Source: Bacteroidota bacterium (GTDB taxonomy: Bacteria > Bacteroidota > Ignavibacteria > UBA10030 > UBA8401). Taken from it: DNA of 64,000 nucleotides. The notes below the pieces were generated by a model that was not told where the DNA came from, searched no databases, and saw only the letters and a list, made by a program, of their open reading frames with translations. Position 1 is the first letter of the stretch. Each line of letters begins with the position of its first letter. This document shows positions 50,539-59,864 of the stretch, one piece after another. Location: NCBI GenBank assembly GCA_021796275.1, contig JAJYOI010000003.1, forward strand, positions 1,532 through 65,531, read 5' to 3'. The position numbers and the translations under genes were made by a program.

Positions 50539-51252
50539 CTATGGTGCAGGCGGTGGTTCAGGCGGAGGTGGCGGTGTGTCACCGTCATTTCCGCCGGGGG
50601 GCGGCGGTGTGAAGCGAAGCTCATACGCATGCTGAAACTCTTTCAGAACAAGAGGTTCGCGGATGAACTCCATCTTCGCCGCCGCTTCTATCTCGTCCGC
50701 AATGTCGGTAACGGCTTTCAGCTTTGCCGCCGCCGCTGCGGTTGCCTGCGGGGATTCCTGTTTTCTGCTCACTTCCTGCACCGTATCGTCAGCCTCGAGT
50801 GCCTCGCGGTTGGCGATCAGCTCAGTAAGGTCGCTCGCAACAAGCTTCCCTTTGGTGGTAAGAAGTGTTTCATGAGTGGCCCATGCTGACTCGATATCCT
50901 TTGCCCACTCAATCAACCGTGATGTCGAGCGGCCATAATGATCGCCGACGTGGAATTGGCGAAGAAGGTCGCTCTTCTTTCCGAAGCACAGCCTCGCACC
51001 TTCCTGTATTTTCTGGATAGTGATGTGAAGCTCGTTCTTGGAATTGGATTCCTTCTTCGTTTTGTCTTTGCCGGTAGCTCTCTTCTCCGTCACCGTCGCA
51101 TGCGAACCCTGCATGTCGTCAACGGAGGCATCGTAGCTTCCCAGCAATGCCGATGTAATGCCCCGCGGTTCTAACCGCGCTGCATACGTGATGCACAGAG
51201 CTTTCAGGTACCGATGTTCCTGCTCGGCTCCGTGCGATGTTGGTCTGCCCAT
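50539..51252 (-). CDS. Hypothetical protein with proline-rich C-terminus
   Basis: 237 aa. …FTPPPPGGNDGDTPPPPPEPPPAP tail. No known motif. Confidence 0.3.
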   Translation of the reverse strand: MGRPTSHGAEQEHRYLKALCITYAARLEPRGITSALLGSYDASVDDMQGSHATVTEKRATGKDKTKKESNSKNELHITIQKIQEGARLCFGKKSDLLRQFHVGDHYGRSTSRLIEWAKDIESAWATHETLLTTKGKLVASDLTELIANREALEADDTVQEVSRKQESPQATAAAAAKLKAVTDIADEIEAAAKMEFIREPLVLKEFQHAYELRFTPPPPGGNDGDTPPPPPEPPPAP

Positions 51253-51385
51253 AATAGAACCTCATGAGTAATGGTAAGATGTAAGCCCCTCACAGCAGTG
51301 CGCTGTGCCGGTGGCTTGTGAGTTAAGTATGACCCGCAAAATTTCTCTGTGTCGTTCATCGCGTCTTCGCGGTAAAATTCTTTTT

Positions 51386-51615
51386 TGTCATTCTGAGGTT
51401 TCATCTTAGCTTTGTCAAGAATCTTCGTGAAATGTGACATCAATGATCATGCTGAGCGTCAGCGAAGTGGCGCTTTACGCCATGACGCCAAATCGTAGAT
51501 GGCACAGAAGGCGACAGGCGCTCACATCCAGTTCTGGATTTGCCGCTGTACGGCATCCTGTACAGCGGGACTTCGTCCGCCGTGGCGGACCCAGAATGAC
51601 TGCGCTCAGCATCAC
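51386..51615. repeat. Nested inverted-repeat (MITE/REP-like) element
   Basis: Outer inverted repeat GTCATTCTG (51386) / CAGAATGAC (51593). Inner inverted repeat ATGCTGAGCG (51448) / CGCTCAGCAT (51603). Internal hairpins CCGCTGTACggcatcctGTACAGCGG and GTCCGCCgtgGCGGAC. Confidence 0.5.
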
Positions 51616-51866
51616 CGGTATCGAATTCAAAAAAAAATCCGGAGCGGACAGAAAAAAATATCCGTTCATCGCCGAAGCGAAATCGCTCACAGAAAAAATT
51701 ACGTCAAGAAACTATTGGGAATAACATTACCTCTGTGCCGCCCCAACCCCATTCATAGGATTGGTGTCCGTTCTCTATCCCGTACTACAACCTCTTCCTC
51801 TCTGCACGGACTATGAAACAAATAAAAAGATTTTCCCGAAAAAGCAAGACTCGCAATAAAAAAGAT

Positions 51867-51907
51867 GTCCAGATGTAGGACACCTCAAAGGTGTCCTACA
51901 TCTGGAC
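51867..51907. other. Perfect 18-bp stem hairpin (loop TCAAA)
   Basis: GTCCAGATGTAGGACACC tcaaa GGTGTCCTACATCTGGAC. No flanking U-tract. Confidence 0.8.
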
Positions 51908-52008
51908 CTAAAAATCAGACGCGTCGTACCATTGCTGTCCGACAGTTGAGCTGTCGCACTGAGCGAAGACGAAGTGCGACAAACGACAGTTAAATCCTTC
52001 AAGAATAA

Positions 52009-52632
52009 TTACTTCACTTTCAAATGGTACATCTCTTCCAGCATCTTAACGTATTCCGCCATTGGCGGCAGCCCAAGCTCTGCGCGGCGTTTGTCAACAT
52101 TCGCTTCATCTTCAATCGGGTTAACGACAAGTTTGCCGTCCGCAATTCTTGCCTGACTTCCGTATAATTGTTTCTTCCCTTCCCGCACAAAAACCCGGTC
52201 GGTCAGCAATGCAACATCATTGCCCGAAACTTCTCCGCCTTTGAATGCCTCTTGCACCAACGGAAGGCAGCTTTTTTGAAACACCGTATCGGGCGAATGT
52301 TGCACGATAAGAAACGCCGCCTCCGCGCCGTCTTTTCCAACAAGGTGTATGCCGGGCCACCCGTGTTCTTTTATTATTTCCTTAATGTGCTTCGTATCAG
52401 CCCGGTCAATTGAATCCATCCTCATTACAATCGTCGAGTCCATTGCATGCGATGACATTGCATTGATCCAATCCGTACGGATCTTCTGGTCAATCACTTC
52501 CATCGCAAGAAGCTCCTGCCGAAGCGACGGATTGCCAACCGTGGTGTGCGATGTGTCGGTGTGCTGTTGGCAGAATCCGTTTGTGCAAACCGCCGCCACC
52601 AAAAGCAGCACGAACAAATTAAAACGTTTCAT
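52009..52632 (-). CDS. Hypothetical secreted protein
   Basis: 207 aa, signal peptide MKRFNLFVLLLVAAVCTNGFCQQ. Confidence 0.3.
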   Translation of the reverse strand: MKRFNLFVLLLVAAVCTNGFCQQHTDTSHTTVGNPSLRQELLAMEVIDQKIRTDWINAMSSHAMDSTIVMRMDSIDRADTKHIKEIIKEHGWPGIHLVGKDGAEAAFLIVQHSPDTVFQKSCLPLVQEAFKGGEVSGNDVALLTDRVFVREGKKQLYGSQARIADGKLVVNPIEDEANVDKRRAELGLPPMAEYVKMLEEMYHLKVK

Positions 52633-52670
52633 GTTTCCCTTCTTTTTACTCAGTAAAGGTTAGCCAGCAG

Positions 52671-53090
52671 CTAGTAATTCATTCTTGTGTACACAGATGT
52701 GAAGCCATCCGTAATCATATCGCTAAGAATTAGTGAATCGGTTGTCACTTTTATAACAAGCAAACTAAATCTTCTTGAATTGATGAAATCAATTACTAAA
52801 TGAGATTGTGATGAGTCAGAAATATTGAACTGATACGTCGTAAATTTATCTGTAAATGTTGTTGTATCATTTCTCAATTCAATGTAGTTGCTATCGCTGG
52901 TAATCCTAAGTACATAGACATTGTCGCCCGTTGGAGTTGTTGTTGTTCCGCCAATGCCGCCTGTCGTGCTCTTCCACTGCCAATTACCTATGATATCAGA
53001 ACTAATGTTGCCCTCATTTGTTGGATTTGAGTTACATCCAATTAATAATGCACCAAAAAGGACAACCAAAATACCATTTAATTGCTTCAT
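52671..53090 (-). CDS. Hypothetical lipoprotein
   Basis: 139 aa. Lipobox LIGCNS. Confidence 0.3.
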   Translation of the reverse strand: MKQLNGILVVLFGALLIGCNSNPTNEGNISSDIIGNWQWKSTTGGIGGTTTTPTGDNVYVLRITSDSNYIELRNDTTTFTDKFTTYQFNISDSSQSHLVIDFINSRRFSLLVIKVTTDSLILSDMITDGFTSVYTRMNY

Positions 53091-53256
53091 ATGATGATCC
53101 TCCTTTGCTGTTGCCTAACGGCATTGGATTTCAGCGGCGTAAACCGTTTGGCGGGTTCGTTGACTGTTTATAGATTTGTAACTCTAAAACACCTGACTGT
53201 TTCTTGACTCGTTTACTCTGTTTGCGTCTCGCCGGTGTACTTTATTCTCTTGCCTG

Positions 53257-53280
53257 CCCCGATTTTGTCGGGGACTTTTT
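53257..53280 (+). terminator. Possible rho-independent terminator (CCCCGA ttttg TCGGGG + ACTTTTT)
   Basis: 6-bp GC-rich stem plus T-run on the plus strand. No obvious plus-strand gene upstream, so it may end an unannotated transcript. Confidence 0.35.
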
Positions 53281-53313
53281 ACTTACTAAAAAGGTTTGCC
53301 AGCGGTAATAATT

Positions 53314-53910
53314 TTAAAAAAAGGTTTCAGGCATCCATTCGTTTCCTTCTGGATCAGCAATCCAATAATCGGGAACATTATACTGCTTTTTGAAGGATGG
53401 AAAAGTTTGCCAAAACTGTTCATCAATCCAAATACCCATTTTTTTATGTAAGTCGTCTGCTGCATTGACAGTTGGCTGATCTAACTCGAATTTTGACAAA
53501 GTTGGAGACCATTGACAATGACAAATAGCATTTCGAAAATCTTTGAACGGAATTTTAACAGGAAAATCCGAGAACTCTTTTGGAATTGAATCGAAAATAG
53601 ATTCAATATTAACTTTTTCAGACTTTGGTGTATCAAACGGATCTAATCCATTTGTCAAACCTTCTTGAATACTTCTTAAGAAGGAGAGCCATAAACATAA
53701 CTTCATATAACCTTGTCCCGCTGCAAGACTCCAACACTTTGGCGCAACAATTTCATTTCCTGCGCGGTCAAGTTGATTGTAAAACCAATTAGCCCACTTC
53801 CACTTTCGTCTTAATTCCCAAAGGACCCAAAACTTTCTCCAAACCAGCAAATCGTCTTTGTGGTCACCCCAAGAATCTAAATAAGAAGGTATTTTATTGT
53901 TTGAATTCAA
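53314..53910 (-). CDS. Hypothetical cytoplasmic Trp-rich protein
   Basis: 198 aa. No signal peptide and no known motif. Confidence 0.3.
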   Translation of the reverse strand: MNSNNKIPSYLDSWGDHKDDLLVWRKFWVLWELRRKWKWANWFYNQLDRAGNEIVAPKCWSLAAGQGYMKLCLWLSFLRSIQEGLTNGLDPFDTPKSEKVNIESIFDSIPKEFSDFPVKIPFKDFRNAICHCQWSPTLSKFELDQPTVNAADDLHKKMGIWIDEQFWQTFPSFKKQYNVPDYWIADPEGNEWMPETFF

Positions 53911-54330
53911 TTAGTATTTATAAATCAGTTTACGAAATTATGCTGATCACCGCCACCTAATTATTAATTATACTGCACGTTATTCGTGCGTAAAGTACAT
54001 AGACATGCAGGATCGTGCATATTTATCATCCATCGTCTATATCAGCCTAACGGACTTCATATTTCTTTTCGACGCTCTTGCACAAAACAACACCTCTCCT
54101 GTGTCTCAGGCTTTTTCACCGAGAAATCTTTACTTCATTTCATTTGGAAAATCTTCTCTTTCACAGCTATCACCCAAAAGAGATAAGGCTTGTGCGCTAC
54201 AAATGGAATCGTTTGCGGGTTGAAAATGACGCCATAGGCGTTATTGAAAATCCCTTAGGGATTCTGCTCTCGCCCCGCGCAACATAATTTCCCGTTTCCC
54301 TTAGTCAAAATCAAGTCCCCGGCAGAGAAA

Positions 54331-54457
54331 GCAGTGACTCATTTTGAACTCTTCTAAGATGTTTTATTTGATTCCCGACAGAAGCATTCGGGAATGACGA
54401 ACTTCCATTTACGTCATGCCCGCAGATTTTTGGCGGGCATCCAAAATGAGTCACTGC
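54331..54457. repeat. Composite palindromic element (16-bp inverted repeats flanking two internal hairpins)
   Basis: GCAGTGACTCATTTTG (54331..54346) / CAAAATGAGTCACTGC (54442..54457). Internal ATTCCCGAcagaagcaTCGGGAAT and ATGCCCGCagatttttgGCGGGCAT. Confidence 0.7.
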
Positions 54458-55232
54458 CGCAGAGAAAGTTACAGTCAATTCTCTTCGTGCGGACCCCGCC
54501 AGCGTTCTTTTCCGCCTAAGGCGGGCATGTTTCCGCAGTGTTTTGGGAAGTGCAACTCGGTTCCGGACAGTCGCAAATGAAATATGCGAAAGCGCAGATT
54601 GAATCCGGAAGTGCCCGGATTCAATCCGCGCATGTACACTTCGTTTCCGGACATCCCCCGATGCGGGTGCGGGTGCCCAAAGAAAAAGCGGGCATGTACA
54701 GATTCGACCGTTACATGTACACTTTTCACCGGGACATGTAACGGCGGCAGTTGTACATGTGCAAACGAAGGCGAAACATGCCCATTTTCTATGTATAAGC
54801 GCCAAAATTGCGCGTGTAGTTGGGTTTTCACCAAAAATGTGGTAGTGTTACCGTTTGATGTTCCCTAACCCCAAAAACCAGTCACCGCCTTGGGCGGAAT
54901 AGTCCGGCTCTCCCGTTTAGGCAATGTCTGAGCGGGATCGCTCCATAACCTTGCTTTCAAAATGTAACACTACGGTAGTGCCTCAGTTTGAAATTTTCCC
55001 GGTGGGACAGACATTTGAGCGCCGTTGGCGCCATGGCGCTTTGCGCCACCTGTCTGTCGAAAATAGGTCAGACAAGAATGTCTGACCTACCTAAAAAATG
55101 AAATTGAAACACCGCCAACACTACCCTCTGCTTGACTTTCCCGTCTCTCCTTCTCACATTATCTCTCGCCGGCTTCAAAGTGATTTCAGTGCTTGCACAA
55201 CACGATATTTCTCACCCTAAAAGGTCTGCATT

Positions 55233-57383
55233 ATGAAAACATCTTCTTCGAACGGCGGCGCGGCAAACAGCAAGGCACATGGGATAGTGAAAGTTGCATT
55301 AAGCGGCAGCGCCGGCGGAATTTTGATGAGACGGCTTCTTCCTGCCGCCATTGTTATTCCCCCCGCCCTCGGCTGGCTCTGCGCTCTTGGAGAATATAAA
55401 GGATTGTTCGGGCTTGAATTCGAAACGGGGCTGTTTGCATTTTCAAATGTCGTTATCTTCTCACTTCTCATCTGGCGCAGTGCAATCGCCGTCAATCAGC
55501 AGGAAGAAAAACGGGAGACGGCGGAACATTCATTGCAAAAAACAGAAGAAGGCTTCCGCCTCATATTTATGAACAACCCGCTTCCGATGTGGTTCTTTGA
55601 CGCCGAGACGCTTGCGTTTCTTGAAGTGAACAACGCCGCCGCAGTTCATTACGGGTACAGCCGCGAAGAATTCCTGACGATGACGCTTGAAGATATTCGT
55701 CCGGCAGAAGAGATCCCAAAACTCCGCGCCGATATTGAACAGCACCACACCGGACTTGACAAGTCGGGCATGTGGAAGCACAAGAAGAAAGACGGAACAA
55801 TCATTGACGTGGACATTACCTCGCAGGAAATTATATTCGCCGGTAGAAAAGCGAAATTTGTCCTTGCGCGCGACGTCACCGACATTGCCAAAGCCGAAGA
55901 ATCTCTCGTACGGTTAGCCGCAATTATCGAATTCTCCGATGATGCCATTATCAGCAAAACCCTGAACGGTATCATCACAAGCTGGAACAAAGGCGCGGAA
56001 AGAATATTTCTTTATACAGCGGACGAAATGATCGGGAAATCCATGCGCGTGCTGAACCCGCCGGAGCGCATCAATGAAGAAGACGAAATTATTCGGAAGA
56101 TCGCCCGCGGAGAAAATGTTGAGCACCTTGAAACGGTGCGCGTACGGAAAGACGGAACGCAGATCATTGTTGCGGCAACAATCTCGCCGATCAAAGACAG
56201 CAAAGGCGCAATCATCGGCGCGTCGAACATTACGCGGGATATCACCGCGAGCAGAAAGGCAGAAGAAGGCCTTCGCAGCGCGGAGTCGCGCTACAAGAGT
56301 ACGCTCGATTCGATGATGGAAGGATGCCAGATCATCGGCTTCGACTTTCAGTACCTGTACGTGAATGACGTCGTGGCAGGTCAGGGAAAAATGGGAAGAG
56401 AGAATTTGCTCGGTCACAGAATGATGGAAGTATATCCCGGCATTGAGAACTCGGAAATGTTTGCTCACCTCACGACGTGCATGAAAGACCGGGCGCCGTA
56501 TCACATGGAAAATGAATTCCCATTCCCTGATGGCACAAGCGGCTGGTTCAAGCTGAGCATGGAACCTGTGCCCGAAGGGGTCTTCATCCTTTCGGCAGAC
56601 ATCACAAAAGAGAAACAGCTTGCGGAAGAGATCAGAAAGCACCGTGAACATCTTGAAGAGCTGGTGCGCGAACGTACCGCACAATTGGAAGCGGCGAACA
56701 GGGAACTTGAAGCATTCTCGTATTCCGTCTCTCACGATCTGCGCGCACCGCTTCGCCACATAGACGGGTTTGCCGATCTCCTGGTCAAACATGCGTCCGC
56801 GAACGGCGGGCTCGACGAGAAAAGCCGGCGCTACCTTTCAATCATCTCTGAATCTGCCAAGCAAATGGGCGTTCTTATTGACGAGCTTCTGGTCTTTTCA
56901 CGAATGGGGCGCGTTGAGATATGCACAACGGAAGTTGCTTTACAGCCGCTGGTGAAAAAAATAATTGCCGACATGAGCAATGATATTCAGGGAAGAACAG
57001 TGGAATGGAAGATTGAGGCGCTGCCGGTGGTTCATGGCGATCCTTCAATGCTTCGGCTTGCATTGGAAAACCTGATCGGCAACGCGGTAAAGTATACCCG
57101 CCCGCGTGAAAAAGCAATCATTCAAATCGGACATACGGAAACCGCGGCGCTCGGCAGCGAAGTAGTGGTGTATATTCGCGACAACGGTGTCGGCTTTGAT
57201 ATGCGGTACACCGATAAATTGTTCGGAGTCTTTCAACGCCTTCATCGTTCGGAAGATTTTGAGGGAACAGGTGTCGGTTTGGCAAACGTTCGTCGTATTA
57301 TTGAGCGGCACGGCGGCAGAACGTGGGCTGAAGGAGAAGTTGACAAAGGAGCGACATTTTATTTTTCACTGCCTGCACCTTAG
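55233..57383 (+). CDS. Multi-PAS sensor histidine kinase
   Basis: 716 aa. N-terminal TM helices, about 3 PAS/PAC modules, HisKA (SHDLRAPLRHI), HATPase_c (GVGLANVRRI…). Confidence 0.9.
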   Translation: MKTSSSNGGAANSKAHGIVKVALSGSAGGILMRRLLPAAIVIPPALGWLCALGEYKGLFGLEFETGLFAFSNVVIFSLLIWRSAIAVNQQEEKRETAEHSLQKTEEGFRLIFMNNPLPMWFFDAETLAFLEVNNAAAVHYGYSREEFLTMTLEDIRPAEEIPKLRADIEQHHTGLDKSGMWKHKKKDGTIIDVDITSQEIIFAGRKAKFVLARDVTDIAKAEESLVRLAAIIEFSDDAIISKTLNGIITSWNKGAERIFLYTADEMIGKSMRVLNPPERINEEDEIIRKIARGENVEHLETVRVRKDGTQIIVAATISPIKDSKGAIIGASNITRDITASRKAEEGLRSAESRYKSTLDSMMEGCQIIGFDFQYLYVNDVVAGQGKMGRENLLGHRMMEVYPGIENSEMFAHLTTCMKDRAPYHMENEFPFPDGTSGWFKLSMEPVPEGVFILSADITKEKQLAEEIRKHREHLEELVRERTAQLEAANRELEAFSYSVSHDLRAPLRHIDGFADLLVKHASANGGLDEKSRRYLSIISESAKQMGVLIDELLVFSRMGRVEICTTEVALQPLVKKIIADMSNDIQGRTVEWKIEALPVVHGDPSMLRLALENLIGNAVKYTRPREKAIIQIGHTETAALGSEVVVYIRDNGVGFDMRYTDKLFGVFQRLHRSEDFEGTGVGLANVRRIIERHGGRTWAEGEVDKGATFYFSLPAP

Positions 57384-57465
57384 TATGACCACGCGGTGTT
57401 TCACCCCACCTCCCGCAACATTCCTGTTTATCTGCCGTAATTGTATGAAAATAAGGAGACGCGGC

Positions 57466-59712
57466 GTGAAGTTGTTGAATACATTTTTGTTGATAACGGG
57501 AATATTTCTTTTCATCGGTATTGAAATTGCACGCGGACAAACTTCAGAAAATCCAAAGAAATATGTTGTTGAAGCAGTCAAAATCAACCGCGACGTCAAG
57601 CTTACCGGAACACTTTCCGATCCATTGTGGAAAACCGCATCATCCGCAAAATTGAATTTTGAAATTCAGCCCGGCGAGAATACGCCAGCGCCGCAGAAGA
57701 CTTTTTTCTACGTGCTCTACAATTCCGATTATGTATATTTTGGATTCAACTGCCTCGATTCGTCTGCCAATTTGATCAGAGCCCACATCACCGACCGTGA
57801 TAACGCATTTGACGACGATTTTGTCGGAGTATTGTTAGATACCTATGGCAACATGCAAGATGGGTACGAATTCTTCGTGAACCCGTATGCTGTTCAAGGC
57901 GACGCGATGCGAACTGGAAACAATGAAGATCCAAGCTTCGATTGCGTGTGGTATTCTGCTGCACACATCAGCGACTCGGGCTGGACGGCTGAGATGGCAA
58001 TTCCTTTTAAGAGTCTGCGTTTTCCATCTTCAGACAAGCAGCATTGGATTCTTCTGTCGCTTCGCAACATGCCGCGCGACAGCCGCTACCAAATAATGTG
58101 GACGCCGATAGCCCGCAATAACCCTTGCGTGCTTTGTCAAGGCGGCACAATAGAAGGCATTTCCGGAATAACAACTTCAAATAATATGGAAGTCCTGCCG
58201 TATGCGATGGGACTTCAATCGAGCATGTTGAATAATGCAGACGATCCGGCTTCCAAATTTGAAAACGAACCAATCATGGGAAGAATCGGCGCAGGAATCA
58301 AATATGCGCCATTACCTTCATTTGTGCTTAGCGGAGTTGTGAATCCTGATTTCAGCCAGATAGAATCAGACGCGACACAAATCAGCATCAATAATACATT
58401 TGCAATTTTTTATCCGGAGAAACGGCCATTCTTTTTAGAAGGCGCAGACCTTTACAGCACTACGGCGTCAATATTTTATTCCCGCATGATCAACGATCCT
58501 CTCGCGTCGGTGAAGCTCTCAGACAAAACCGGATCGTTCTCGCTGGCGTATCTCGGCGCCGAAGACAGAGAATCGCCATTCATCATCCCCGGCGAGGAGG
58601 GAAGCGATTTTGTCTCTTCAAATCTGAAATCATGGAGCAATGTTGTACGAGGAAAATATAATTTGGGAAATGAATCGTTCATCGGCGGGTTGGTCACGAC
58701 AAGAAATTTTTCCGATGCCCATAATTATGTCGGCACCGTTGATTGGAACATTCTCTTTGCTGAAAATTTCTATTTCACGGGACAAGCCGGCGCTTCTAAT
58801 ACGAGAGAGATCAATGATGTTTCTCTTTTTTCCAGCGACAGATATCTCGGCTCGACATCGCACACAGCAACGTTCGACGGCGAGAGCTACACCGGCTACG
58901 GTTTTCAGACAGATATTATGAGAAACGCGCGCGACTATAGTTTCGATCTCAATCTTGTCAGTGTGACGCCAACGTTCCAGGCACAGGATGGATTCATCAC
59001 GCAAAATGATTTTCGGCAAATCAACTTGTGGCAGGGCTACACAGTTTATTTTGATAATTCATTCATCGAAAAATTCCAGCCGCAAATAATTTCCAGCGCC
59101 ATATTCAACTATGATGGCACGCGCAAAAGCGAATCGGGTGCAATTGATTTATGGGCTCAATTTAAAGCGCAAACTCAAGTCTGGGTGAAGTATTATCCGG
59201 TTCAGGAAGAACTTTTTCACGGCGTTCAGTTCGGCAAACTTTACCGCACTGAAATGAGTTTATATTCTGCTCCGAGCAAGGAGTTTCAAATAAGTTTGTG
59301 GGCGCAAATCGGAAGGCTTGTTTATCATGAGGACACGCCGCAGCTTGGCAGAGGATACAACGCAACAAGTGAGATCACAGTGAAGCCGACCGATAGATTC
59401 TCTTTCGACTTTAGCTATGCTCATTCGCGATTGTGGTCGTTTTATACGAACCAACTTTTCTTTGACGGATACATTGCGCGCAATGTGATGGTGTACCAAT
59501 TCACGCCGGAAATTTTTGTACGATTGATAAGTCAGTATGACGGGTTTGCAAAACAGCTTCAGGTTGATCCGCTCTTCAGTTACAAGTTGAATCCGTTCAC
59601 AATTTTTTATGCCGGTTCCGCACACAATCTCACCAATTTCGGCGACCACGTCGGCATCAGGCAAACGGCGCGGCAATTCTTCATTAAGCTTCAATATCTT
59701 TGGAGAGAATAA
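57466..59712 (+). CDS. DUF5916/CBM9-like domain outer-membrane-associated protein
   Basis: Start taken at GTG 57466 (AAGGAG RBS 6 nt upstream). ATG 57445 is the alternative. CBM9-like N-terminal region (LSDPLWKTAS…FVGVLLDTYGNMQDGYEFFVNPY) and a large beta-rich C-terminal part. Confidence 0.5.
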   Translation: MKLLNTFLLITGIFLFIGIEIARGQTSENPKKYVVEAVKINRDVKLTGTLSDPLWKTASSAKLNFEIQPGENTPAPQKTFFYVLYNSDYVYFGFNCLDSSANLIRAHITDRDNAFDDDFVGVLLDTYGNMQDGYEFFVNPYAVQGDAMRTGNNEDPSFDCVWYSAAHISDSGWTAEMAIPFKSLRFPSSDKQHWILLSLRNMPRDSRYQIMWTPIARNNPCVLCQGGTIEGISGITTSNNMEVLPYAMGLQSSMLNNADDPASKFENEPIMGRIGAGIKYAPLPSFVLSGVVNPDFSQIESDATQISINNTFAIFYPEKRPFFLEGADLYSTTASIFYSRMINDPLASVKLSDKTGSFSLAYLGAEDRESPFIIPGEEGSDFVSSNLKSWSNVVRGKYNLGNESFIGGLVTTRNFSDAHNYVGTVDWNILFAENFYFTGQAGASNTREINDVSLFSSDRYLGSTSHTATFDGESYTGYGFQTDIMRNARDYSFDLNLVSVTPTFQAQDGFITQNDFRQINLWQGYTVYFDNSFIEKFQPQIISSAIFNYDGTRKSESGAIDLWAQFKAQTQVWVKYYPVQEELFHGVQFGKLYRTEMSLYSAPSKEFQISLWAQIGRLVYHEDTPQLGRGYNATSEITVKPTDRFSFDFSYAHSRLWSFYTNQLFFDGYIARNVMVYQFTPEIFVRLISQYDGFAKQLQVDPLFSYKLNPFTIFYAGSAHNLTNFGDHVGIRQTARQFFIKLQYLWRE

Positions 59713-59864
59713 TCGTGATGGGGCAAGGCATCAAACTGAGACACCACTTGACAGAACCCTTCGCTTGACTTTCCTGCGTATCGTTCTCACATTGTTTCAG
59801 TTGTCATCGAACGAGATTGTTGATGGCAACACCGACAGGGAATTATTGCCGGTTGAGGACCACT

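Noticed and set aside
51867-51907. 18-bp hairpin as a rho-independent terminator
   Set aside because: No U-tract on either strand after the stem, and A-runs flank it instead. Kept only as a structural feature.
54311-54868. Cys-rich overlapping ORFs (e.g. 54584..54868 +, 54311..54805 -) suggesting a small cysteine-rich peptide
   Set aside because: Codons derive from the repeated palindrome CATGTACA and GC-rich hairpins. ORFs overlap in several frames on both strands and have no RBS or signal-peptide logic.
54880-54960. Possible RNase P RNA fragment (AGTCCGG…GCTCCATA)
   Set aside because: Only loose resemblance to the GGAAAGUCCGGGCUCC P4 region. The order and spacing of the conserved blocks are wrong.
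55064-55089. AGGTCAGACA…TGTCTGACCT hairpin as a terminator for an upstream transcript
   Set aside because: Followed by an A-rich rather than a T-rich tract on the plus strand. On the minus strand the T-tract precedes the stem.
49600-55232. Calling the whole 49.6-55.2 kb region an intact prophage or ICE
   Set aside because: Only a 90-codon integrase fragment is present, with no structural, replication or transfer genes. Best described as a degenerate accessory region.
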